From Antedon mediterranea (Eukaryota > Animalia > Echinodermata), in NCBI RefSeq assembly GCF_964355755.1, contig NC_092675.1, positions 25,392,912 through 25,456,911 of the forward strand: a stretch of 64,000 bases of DNA, read 5' to 3'. Within the stretch, counting starts at the first letter, position 1, and each line of letters starts with the position of its first letter. The translations under genes were made by a program, and so were the position numbers. Shown here piece after piece: positions 44,092 to 54,772 of this stretch. The notes under the pieces are model-generated. The model was not told where the DNA came from. It did no database searches and was given only the letters and a program-made list of their open reading frames with translations.

Positions 44092-47023
44092 ACGAACACC
44101 CTTGGTTTGGTTTGTGTAAGATTCTTGTTTACTTTAAAGTTTTTACTAACTACCTCTGGTCACATCACAAATAGCCAATTGTTTCTGTTGGTAACCATTT
44201 CCTTTACTGTCAGTCATAATTTGGTGTGAATTACATCATTTAATGGAAGACACCAATCTTTCCACATGGATTGTATAAAAACAGACATTTAATTTCCTGG
44301 AAAACATACGAAATGGTATTTTAAACTGTCATATCCAAGAGGTAAACTCAGGTTTTATACTGCATTTTGTCAACAAAATATCTTCCTACTACAAACATAG
44401 GATGCATTTAACTACACGTCAGTAACGGCTTCAGACAGTGTTTTTGCGTTAATTTCACTAAAAATATAGTTTACATTGCACAAACTGGGTCTTTTTGGTT
44501 TCAGTAAATCAAAGGCACTTTGAAGTAACTGATTAGTAATCAACAATTGTTTTACCACAAGCAGTACAGGTGAATGGGTTAATGGACAAATTAGACATTA
44601 GGTGTTTGAATAGCAAATAAAATACAAATATTAATCTAATAGCTGTAAAGACTAAATACTTACTTTAACAACGTTCTGCCGAATAGTCAAAATATTTATC
44701 TCAATTTAATGAGGTTGAACTGTATTTTGGGTCACCTCACATCCAGAATAACTGATTATATTATATATAATTTTGTTAAATTCATACCTCTAACCCGCAC
44801 CCCCTCCCTTCTTGTCGGTCTCTTCATAAAAAAGCTATCCTTGTGCACGATTAAGCATAAACTGAAACACTATACAAACATATGACTTACATTGACTCAA
44901 TATCAAGCATTTGGCGTCATTTAATGTCAAATGATTTTAGAAACAGACTCGTTTAGTAGATAATATCAGACAAAATAGATGAAAGGGAAAAGTAACAAGT
45001 TCAAATGTCAGACAGTTGGAGACACAGCATAAAAAGAATGTTGGAAACACAAACATGATAGCACTTGATACTTAAAATTCAGATCATCGCAGTGTTTGAT
45101 GTAAAATTGTTATGAGTAATGACGAAGAAAACGTGGGAGAATGTGGAAAATCTAATGTTTTTAATATAAAGGTTAAAAATCCTGTCAAAAAGCATCTATT
45201 TTCAAGACATTCAAAATGAACTTTATATTTAAATAAACTTAGATGCCTGTGACATATTTAATTCATTAAGTTCACTAGCTACTATAACTATCATAAAAAC
45301 AAGTTTCAGATGTAAATTCCACTTCTCACATGGTATTTTCTGCCGATGCACCTTTCCTTTGGAATCATCATTTATTTATTTATTATTATTAAACTTGATC
45401 ACTGCACAAAAAGGCAGCAAAAAGAAAGGGACAAGCACCTCTATCCACATCCCCACTTAAAATACAAATAACGGTAAAAAAAATTATTAAACAATTATAA
45501 AAATGCACAAAGTAAATATAAAAATACCTAAAATATATGACTTACTTTTTAAATATTTACTATAATGAATAAAATTTGAGAAATAAATAAATAAAATATG
45601 GTATGACATTAAAACTTTTATATATGAATATGATACACCAAAACATACCTACATTTAAACGGGTTAAATCTGTCAATTAAACGATTGTAACCTATGTGAG
45701 CTCTTTTGGTAAAGAGCACCTCTAAATATTCATAATTATAGTATAATCATTATTTATTATATACCGAAAAAAACAATATCCATAAATTATAAAATATTTG
45801 TAAAATCATTGTTTCAAGGAAAAATGCAGTAAGATAATTGCATTGTAGTGGGAAATTAATTTGGTACCATAGAATTTCATGAATCACAGGAGTGAACATA
45901 CGTGACCATTTTCGTGACAATTTTAAATTCATAGTCCCTAAATTTAAAATGATGAGAAGAACCAAGTAATGCACATACTCCTTCAGATGTCATCGTAATA
46001 ACTTTTATATTGTATTGTTTTTTATATGTGGTTTAAATAAATATTAACTTAAACCATCAACATACTGTAGTAGACATGTATAACTAAAAGCTTGCTGGGA
46101 TACAATGCATGTCAATCTATGAGGAAAAGCTTTTACAGAATAAGTGAACATTCAAAATACAGACTACTTTACAAATTCTATATTAACTTGGAAAGTCACT
46201 TGATAGAAAGCTAGTTTATATTTAAAGAATTTTCTTTTTTTATGGCGTAAAAGAAATACATTATTGAAGCATTACAAACCCAGCAAGAAAAAGTTAATTT
46301 TCTAAAGTTCATAATAGTTGTCATTATAGAGGGCAGTATACATAATTCTATACATTTACTAATTTGAGATGTATTCTAAGTTTCTATTCCTAAAACGTAA
46401 TGAAACTAAATCAACAACTGTTTCGTATTATGTCTGGGCCAAGTATCACTGTTCTATCCAATGAACTGATATGATAAATATAGCAAGTACCAAACAACTC
46501 AGCTGATAGGTGGGAAGAACAAAAGTTGCCAACCAATAGTCTACCGATTTAAAATCAAGATGAAGTGTCATCTAGTTTTGAGTTTTTATTTGCTATCCAG
46601 TTATCCATTACTATTATACATTAAATTTTAATATATATGTTAAGTAGATATGAAAAGAACTGAAAGACAATATTTAGGAGAAAATAGTTTACATTTCATA
46701 GGAATTCAAACAAATAAAAACCTACTTACTTTGCAATATTACTTTAGGTTGTTTCAGTACAAAAATAATTTTATTTGCTGTGTTGACCATTCTCCTGTAA
46801 ATTAAAGAAGGTTAAATAGATATAATAAATAGAATAAATGTATCACATAAAACATAGCCAATTTGTGTCATACTGTATTAAATATAGTTGTAGTGTTAAA
46901 GAAGACACTAACTGTTTTGTGATTTGTATATTTATATACTTCTTTTAATGTCATACATGTATCTCACAAATTACATGATGGAAAACTATATCAATCCTAT
47001 TTGAGGGGGTGGCATAGAAACAG

Positions 47024-47125
47024 TTGGCACCATGTCAGGATTGAACCCTGGACTTTGGGATTAGAAGGTAAGCATGTTATCCAGAAGGTAAGCATGTTAT
47101 CCAAAAGCTTACAGCTCCACTACTA
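47024..47125 (-). mobile_element. tRNA-derived SINE head (degenerate)
   Basis: Minus strand GGAGCTGTAAGC...CCAGGGTTCAATCCTGACATGGTGCCA with B-box-like GGTTCAATCC. Internal 20-bp duplication AGAAGGTAAGCATGTTATCC (47063-47102). Confidence 0.5.
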
Positions 47126-48514
47126 CTTCACCAGCGGGTTAACGTTATCATAACACTAACCTCACTAAAATGGGTATCATTACGTTAAAAGGAAATTGTG
47201 CTGGAACAAATTTGAAAAGCTGTTAGTAATGGAAGTACTACAATCCACTGGGATATATACTTTACTCACAGGACCAAATGTTATCCCGTATGGGCTAGTA
47301 GTTTAAAGGTGGTTACATTAGGAATGTAATTAAAAAGCAAATTGCTCTACCTAAATCCAATTATGACCAACAGCCAGCTTGCAATTTTTAATTGAAAACG
47401 ATAAATCACAAATGAACTTGGGCGTCTAGTAACATATCACTATGGAAACCACATAATTTAAGGATGACATTTAGGTTAGATGGTAAAAATCTAGACCATA
47501 TTTGCTAATTATGTAATCGGTTTAAAAAAAATAACAAAAGTCATACATTCATTCTCCATGGTTCAACAATGTATACCAGCAAAGCATTAACATTTTAGAA
47601 CATTTTTTTTGGAAATTACCTTTTTTATACTTGAATATATATAATGAATTTGTTCATAGATACACAATGCCTCTTCGGAAAAAACCCGCTTTTTTGGTTC
47701 ATTTGAAGTATACAGTAAATGACTCGATTTCAGTCTAATTAAACAACTGGTCTAGAAGATGCTACTTTTTTTTTAGAGCTCCAATAAGTAGCACAATTAC
47801 TACTTGGCAAAATTAATAAAATGCCTGTTGTCTATCAAAATTAGTACAAAAATACTATTTACTTTTAAACCCATCAAAGAATCATAAATTAAAAGGTTCA
47901 CATTATTGCTTCAATTCATAGTAATAATAAATAATATAGTATACTAATAATAATATAGTTATAATTTTATTATTAGTTACAATATCTTTTCAATTTGAAA
48001 GGGAATTTTCCCACACTAATTATATGGAATAACTAGTAATGGAGGAAACTGACAGACAGCAAGTAGACAGACATTTTGATAGGAAAAATCAAAACAGTAT
48101 GTTTATTGCAAAAGAGTTTTCAGGATTAATATATTTGTGTCTCATGTAATGTTAAATTTGTTAGACCGTGGCTGTCAGCCAGAAGATATTTACACTACTT
48201 TTTTTAGAGAAGTAACAAAGAGTTCATAGGGGTCAACAGAGGTGATTATTGGAAGAGTGGGAAAGTTCTGCAGCATTTAAATCTAGGGGGGAAATGAATT
48301 ATATATTATGAATTAGATTGGAGTTAATAGGAGATGATTTAGATTTTGGGTATGAATAATAATAGGGACAAGGTCATGTTTAATTATAGTGTAATGGAAT
48401 CCATTACTGCAACAATCCCAATGAAGCCTTTGACATGTACACATGAATTGTATATTAAATGTATGAATATTTGTTAATGATTTTTTACAATATCTGACAG
48501 CATACAGTGAATAT

Positions 48515-48810
48515 GTTTAGCCTTTATGCGGTGGTAGAACAAGTCTTCTTGGATAATGACTTAAAACTGGAGGTTTAGTGTACACATCTGGCTTGTGTGC
48601 AGTTTAAAGAACACAGTTTATCTTTCAGTAGGGGGTTACCCCATGTGTACTGGTCCATTCAATCCCTGTCGTTGTGATGAGCATGTGGCAGCACTCAACA
48701 CAAAGGGACCCTTAGTGGAGAAGAACATTCTTGTATAGTCTTGTTAACACATGTGAGCCCGCATGTGAGCAATTCAGCTCAGTTAGGCTGCAAGACGCAG
48801 GTTATTCCCT
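48515..48810 (+). mobile_element. Old SINE body (Deu-domain-like), tentative
   Basis: GGATAATGACTTAAAACTGGAGGT...GCAGTTTAAAGAACAC resembles central domains of DeuSINE-type elements from memory. A similar stretch lies near 27040-27160. Confidence 0.3.
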
Positions 48811-49242
48811 ACATTTACTCTACTCTATTCTTTGGTCAAGGTTCGGGGAAATATGGTAAAATTAACACTGTGGTCATGTTACAAGAGTTGTCAAAAATAT
48901 ATAGATTATCTGATAAAACTCCTAGAAAGTAGGAAGCCTTTTGCCATTTTTCCCCTGATTGTTAAGAAACTTGCATAATGAATAAAATACCATATTTGGT
49001 AATTTCATGTTGCAAGAATACAGTGTCACATGTAAGGAAATGTTTATAAATGTTGGATCTTTATGGTGATAATTATCGATCATTAAAAGGCCTCTAACTT
49101 TCAAGTGGTAATTAATTGAGTTTATAATGATCTAAAGAATTCATATTTTCAACAAATTACTTTCATATCATGTGATCGTAATGACCATATTATATAGTAT
49201 ACTTTGAAACATTAAAGTTAATGTTACTTTCATTTCTACTTT

Positions 49243-50368
49243 GGCCCTGTTTCTGCTGCCAAGTAAATACCGTATATACTATTTTTGAATAGTCGTGTTT
49301 TTATTTTCTGTCACTGTCAGCTATTTTACACACGTGTATACAGTAGATATATTCGGCGAAAATGTGGAGCGAAGACGTTACGGTATTTACTATATAAATC
49401 TGTGTGGGGAGGGAAAAGCTAAAATGTCCGGCCAACTAAAAGGTAATAAAAGGGACAACCACATTTATAAAGACATTTCTAAAAAAATAAAGCAGGAGTA
49501 CGGAATAGACTTGTCTTCAAAGCAAGTAAACTCAAAGCTGAAGAGCCTGCAAAAGCAGTACAACATTGCAAAAGACAATAACTCGGGGAGGGAACGAATT
49601 ACTTGTCCCCATTACGATGTTTTGGCCCGGATATTGGGAGATCGGGCCATAGCTGTGCTCTCACAACATATCTAGGGCTAGGCTTTTGAAAGTGAGGCGT
49701 AAAACTTTGTGTATTGCGACTTTTAATTATCGACCAAATAAATGAATGGCAATTTGGGTAAAAAGGATGAATTTGAACACGACCACCCAAGAAGTATTGT
49801 TAGCAGAAACGGGGTACTAAAAAAAAATGGTATAAAAAATACCGTATTTTATACCGTATTTTTATACTACTACTATTATACTACTATACTATATAAATCT
49901 GTGTGGGGAGGGAAAAGCTAAAATGTCCGGCCAACTAAAAGGTAATAAAAGGGACAACCACATTTATAAAGACATTTCTAAAAAAATAAAGCAGGAGTAC
50001 GGAATAGACTTGTCTCCAAAGCAAGTAAACTCAAAGAGCCTGCAAAAGCAGTACAACATTGCAAAAGACAATAACTCGGGGAGGGAACGAATTACTTGTC
50101 CCCATTACGATGTTTTGGCCCGGATATTGGGAGATCGGGCCATAGCTGTGCTCTCACAACATATCTAGGGCTAGGCTTTTGAAAGTGAGGCGTAAAACTT
50201 TGTGTATTGCGACTTTTAATTATCGACCAAATAAATGAATGGCAATTTGGGTAAAAAGGATGAATTTGAACACGACCACCCAAGAAGTATTGTTAGCAGA
50301 AACGGGGTACTAAAAAAAAATGGTATAAAAAATACCGTATTTTGAGCAGTTGCAGCAGAAAAAGGCCC
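49243..50368 (+). mobile_element. Non-autonomous PIF/Harbinger element with duplicated Myb/SANT-like remnant, copy 2
   Basis: TIRs GGCCCTGTTTCTGCTGC / GCAGCAGAAAAAGGCCC with TTT on both flanks (3-bp TSD). Same family as 11796-12620, in opposite orientation. Internal ~0.5-kb tandem duplication (49388 vs 49887). ORFs 49295-49675 and 49923-50168 encode the trihelix fragment ...CPHYDVLARILGDR. Confidence 0.85.
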
Positions 50369-51752
50369 TTTGTTGATTGTACTTTGTTCTGTTGATTTAA
50401 TGGGTGATTTGTAATGTCAATCTTTTACAGTCAGCGTGACAAAGAATGAAATTTCACTTTCGTTTTAATCGACGATGAAAGAGACTGGGTGATGAAAAGC
50501 AGTCTTCTTAGATACAAATAAGGACATTAACTGAAGAAAGCATTCTTAATTATAGAAATAGATTCTTAGTAAGAGATTTCCATGATTATTATTAACTACA
50601 TACAATCAAAACAGACAAAATTAATACTAATCCCATTTATTTATCTATCATTAAAACTATAATTTATAACACGAAACGATGTAATAAGATAAGCATTAAA
50701 ATTAAGTCTTTATACAAAGTACATTCTCAATATGAAAGATTTTAGCAACAAGTTAATTATTATTTACTGTACAAACTTTATCTATCTGCATTTTTCATAT
50801 TTAAAAACATATAAAGAAGTCAAATGACTGGACAACTATACTTATATTTCACATAAAAATAAGAAATATAAATATAAACCTTCAAAAGCATGAAAAAAAT
50901 GGTTTGCAAAATTCTCATATTTCGTAAGTGCAATTCCCCTCCTTGACCTTGCTATATCAAGCTATATTTTCAATAAACCTATAGTTTTAGGAAACAAAGA
51001 TGATTGGGAAAATAGGTTTAAATCAGCTGTACTGAGAATGAAGTAGGCCTACACCATGAAAAGAATTCAATAATTAGGCCGACTACAGACTGAAGTAGGC
51101 TTGCACCTCTGGGTTGAAAGAGGCCGATTGACGCCCGGAAAAAATAAGTAAGCACGTATGCCTACCACTAATCCTAAAGTTCCTTCATAATGCTAGGCCT
51201 ACGATTTCAAGTTCGGCAAATTTCTAATATCCACTTTTACTTAAAAACTTGTAGTTGTGTAAAAAGGATTAATTTCATAATGTTATTACTATAAAAACCA
51301 TCATTAAATTACATTAAATACAGTAAGTAGGGGAGGTTACCATAAAAAATGCGCCACAAACAAAATCCAGGTGTTCAATTTACCATCAGAGAAAATAGTT
51401 CATCAACATTGAGGGCGCAAAACCACAAGACTGCACACTGCAGCAGTTTTTGGTTATTTTAGCTAATCAAAAAAAACCAGAATTGATCATTTCTTAAATA
51501 ACCTTATGTAGGCCTACAACTCATACTAATTAAAACAATGTACTTATGTTTTTCATTGCAACAACAAGAAAGTCTTTTTTACAATTTTAGTGCCAAAATA
51601 TCGTTTAGGCAAATCAAACATAGAAGATAAAATTCCATGAAAAAATATGTTGTAATAATAATACAGGTGCACTGTGAACCCATCGTCGCACAGTTTTCAC
51701 AATTACTCTACCTTTATTATTAGGCATATTGGTGTTATGTTAGATTATTAAA

Positions 51753-53873
51753 TTATTTAGAACCGTCTTTATTGCGCTGCGATTTAGGAGTAACTTTTGT
51801 GTACACGAGGCGTCTTTGTTTATGACCCGTTCCTTGGCCAGGTTTAGTATGGGAGTTTGGATTTTCATTTTTGTTGCGTCGTAGATTTGAATCTGGCAAA
51901 CTATATATGTGTTCCTTGGCGTCGGTTTCACTCATCATTTGTTCATTGTCGGAATTTTGTTTGCTTCTACCTGGATCCACTTTTTCGTCTTTCCTGCCAT
52001 CAGATTCTAACGAATCGTCGTCGTCGGACTGACTGCGTGCTGAATCGTTAATTTCGTCTGCAATATGATTATAGATTGCAAACTTTTCTGTTTTTATATT
52101 ATTTCTTTCACTCTCTGGAACCTCGTGATAATATTCTTCCGCGGGGTTGTTAATTTCGACTAACAAATTAGGTTTCTCGGTTCCTTCTTCGTTTATTTCG
52201 GCGTAGAGAGAATGTTCTAAAATGTTGTTCATGTTAACAACTCTATCCACAGCATCTCTTTTTATGGGAATATCTAGTTCACTCTCAGTAACATCGTGGT
52301 AATACCCTTCTGTTTGTTTGTTATTTTCAGCTAATAAAATACGTCTAATTTCTTCTTCGTTTATTTCTGCATAGAGTGGATTTTCTAACATTTTATGATG
52401 TTCTTCACTTATTGGGGAAACTCTATCCATAGTAAAAGACAATTCGGTTTCTCTTTGAATGGCTGGTAAAGCTTCAGGAGGTCTTTGCTTTCCTACTTGT
52501 TTTGTCAGCGTCATTGTCCCGGGTAGTCTAATATCTTCTTGTCTGCTTGATGCTATAGACAGGTCTGATGAATATGCCCTAAGAGTTGAAAGTGATGTTT
52601 GTGGCGCTAAAATTGCCAATGGAAGCGTCTGTTGCTGAATATTCATAAAATCATCTGTTACCTGGTAGTTTAAAATGGCTTGTACCGGGTTAACTTGGAG
52701 ATTTGGATTTGGAGATTTTTTAATATACTTCAAACACTGCAAGCCGATAATTAAAATGACACATATAAATACGATTGATAAGATGCTAATCAATTCATTA
52801 GAATATTTCTCAGAAGGTGGAGAGTCAGCAGTAATGTGAGGTTTTACAGAAGCATCAGGATGTGATGTAGCCGCCATCCGTCTAGGAACTTCTGTGCTAG
52901 CTTCGTACTTTAAACATTCTTCTATTTCAATCGTCATCGTCGTTGATTTTAAAACATCACCATCGTAAACTGTACACGTTATGTTCTCTCCTTGCATTTC
53001 ATTAGTGACATTTCTGATAAACAACTTGTTTGGTGAATTTTTTTTTCGTATTGAATTGCCAAAAATAAAATCATTTGTTGAATTCCATCGAAATTGGATT
53101 TCTTCTTTGTTTATATTTTTATAATTCGCTGAAGTTTGAGGTTTCCTTTCAAATGCGTTGCACCAAATTGTTGCCGATCTGTTAAATATAAATTCAGTTG
53201 CATCCATTTTGACCACAATATGACGTTTGATAACAACGGTAGATGTACACAAATGTACGTCATTCGTTTTCATTGTGCATGTGTAATCAGTTTCCTCGTA
53301 TCTATCCATTGCTATGAACATAGCACTACTAATAAACTTGTTCTTATGTGTGATATTAGTAAAAACTGCGTGTTTAGGAAATTGTTCCGCATCCCAGTGC
53401 AGCTTCAAAGATGGATACGGGTATGTTTCACAATTTAATGTGACATTTTCACCAACAATGTACTCTGATTTTGAAGGGATACATACCGGGTCTGAAGGTA
53501 TTGGCAGCACTACTAGTTTCTTCTTAGCAGAATTAACAATTAATCCATCGCCTTGGTATATACATTCGTATACGCCAGTGTCTGTTCTCGTTAGATTTTG
53601 AAGAACAATTTCTAGTCTCTCTTTGCCATTTATCGTCGAATTTATAGTATTCATTTTAAAAACCTTATCACCTTTTTTCCAAATTGTATTGTCAATGATG
53701 GTTTCTGCTAAAGATTCCATTTCAATATCCAAATCACAATAAAATGTAAACGTTTTGCCAACAACGACATAACTAACATAATTTTCAGGATAGCATTGTA
53801 GAACAACAGCTGACTTAATTATGGGCAAGAAGAGAAGAAACAGGTAAACGAGAAAATGTAACAAACGACTCAT
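51753..53873 (-). CDS. Ig-superfamily type-I membrane receptor, copy C: signal peptide, 3 Ig-like domains (V/I-C2-C2-like), TM, long Tyr-motif/ITIM-containing cytoplasmic tail (~706 aa)
   Basis: Uninterrupted ORF from ATG 53873 (MSRLLHFLVYLFLLFLPIIKS signal). Ig motifs FTFYC..IWKK..LQNLTRTDTGVYEC, VTLNC..LHW..YTC and TIWC..FRW..LFIRNV..ITC. TM LISILSIVFICVILIIGL. Tail with NPLYAEI, SLYAEI, YYHDV/YYHEV, IYNHI, IYSL and LVYTKV. Confidence 0.88.
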   Translation of the reverse strand: MSRLLHFLVYLFLLFLPIIKSAVVLQCYPENYVSYVVVGKTFTFYCDLDIEMESLAETIIDNTIWKKGDKVFKMNTINSTINGKERLEIVLQNLTRTDTGVYECIYQGDGLIVNSAKKKLVVLPIPSDPVCIPSKSEYIVGENVTLNCETYPYPSLKLHWDAEQFPKHAVFTNITHKNKFISSAMFIAMDRYEETDYTCTMKTNDVHLCTSTVVIKRHIVVKMDATEFIFNRSATIWCNAFERKPQTSANYKNINKEEIQFRWNSTNDFIFGNSIRKKNSPNKLFIRNVTNEMQGENITCTVYDGDVLKSTTMTIEIEECLKYEASTEVPRRMAATSHPDASVKPHITADSPPSEKYSNELISILSIVFICVILIIGLQCLKYIKKSPNPNLQVNPVQAILNYQVTDDFMNIQQQTLPLAILAPQTSLSTLRAYSSDLSIASSRQEDIRLPGTMTLTKQVGKQRPPEALPAIQRETELSFTMDRVSPISEEHHKMLENPLYAEINEEEIRRILLAENNKQTEGYYHDVTESELDIPIKRDAVDRVVNMNNILEHSLYAEINEEGTEKPNLLVEINNPAEEYYHEVPESERNNIKTEKFAIYNHIADEINDSARSQSDDDDSLESDGRKDEKVDPGRSKQNSDNEQMMSETDAKEHIYSLPDSNLRRNKNENPNSHTKPGQGTGHKQRRLVYTKVTPKSQRNKDGSK

Positions 53874-54535
53874 GTTGATAGAAACAAAATGAAAAGTATT
53901 CACCAGAAATATCGGTTTAGCCTAAGAACGGTTTTTCTGTACACTGCTTGATATATCATTCACAGTCGATGATGACAGTACAATAACAAAATACAAATGT
54001 ATGTGCTCCTATGTTAGTTCGGTAACTATTCTGATTCTAGGCCTTGATGGTTCCTTTTATACTGAACCAATGATTTCGCTGTAATTATTGGGTATACTTT
54101 ATAGTTTCATTACGAGTTTCAATTGTTTTTAATTCTTATAAATATATAATAATTATTATCAACTATTTATTAGAGATAGAAACAAAGCAGTTAGATTTTA
54201 GTTATAAATTAATTTTCCTTTAGGTCTATATCATTATACAATATTAATAGAAATTATAATAGGAAACAAGATGGAAGGAGTCCGTTATGGGAACTATTTA
54301 TAGAACTTGATTGAATGAGTAAAGAGGCAACAATCCATCACTCTAAAACAACCATCTTACACTAAAACAAATAAAACATTAGTAACTTCATATCATGGCG
54401 TAGATTTAAATATCACATTTTGTGATGACGTGACAAGAACGTAGTTACAATTACCTTATATGTCCAGGATGCGCAAGATCTGGACATGTACAAATGAATA
54501 AGACATTCACACAAGTCATTCAATTACCTTATATA

Positions 54536-54640
54536 TTTTTAGTCGCGTACAACGCGAATCTTTAGCTCACTTGGTCGGTCGGTTGGTCGGTAAACACTAA
54601 TTTTAGCACGCGACTGCAGCCATGTGTTTGGCCTTGTTTT
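54536..54640 (+). mobile_element. Helentron-associated (HINE/DINE-1-like) short element
   Basis: T-run flanks, subterminal inverted repeats AGTCGCGT / ACGCGACT, internal (GGTC)n microsatellite, 3' stem-loop GCCATGTGTTTGGC followed by CTTGTTTT. Confidence 0.6.
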
Positions 54641-54772
54641 AAAGCGTATTACATTATGAAATATCAATGCTTTCATTGCAGTCACGTTTTTCTTACTAAC
54701 ATTTCTGGTAATTTTACGTTACTACACACATTTTTATTACGCTTGATACATTTAAACCTCTCCAGTATATTA

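Noticed and set aside
47024-47125. Functional tRNA gene
   Set aside because: An internal 20-bp duplication and poor stems fit a SINE head or pseudogene.
4380-48932. The many 60-120 aa ORFs of the ORF track as genes
   Set aside because: Compositionally biased (F/I/L/K/N/Y-rich), often non-ATG starts, no domains: expected by chance in AT-rich DNA. Exceptions are annotated as TE relics.
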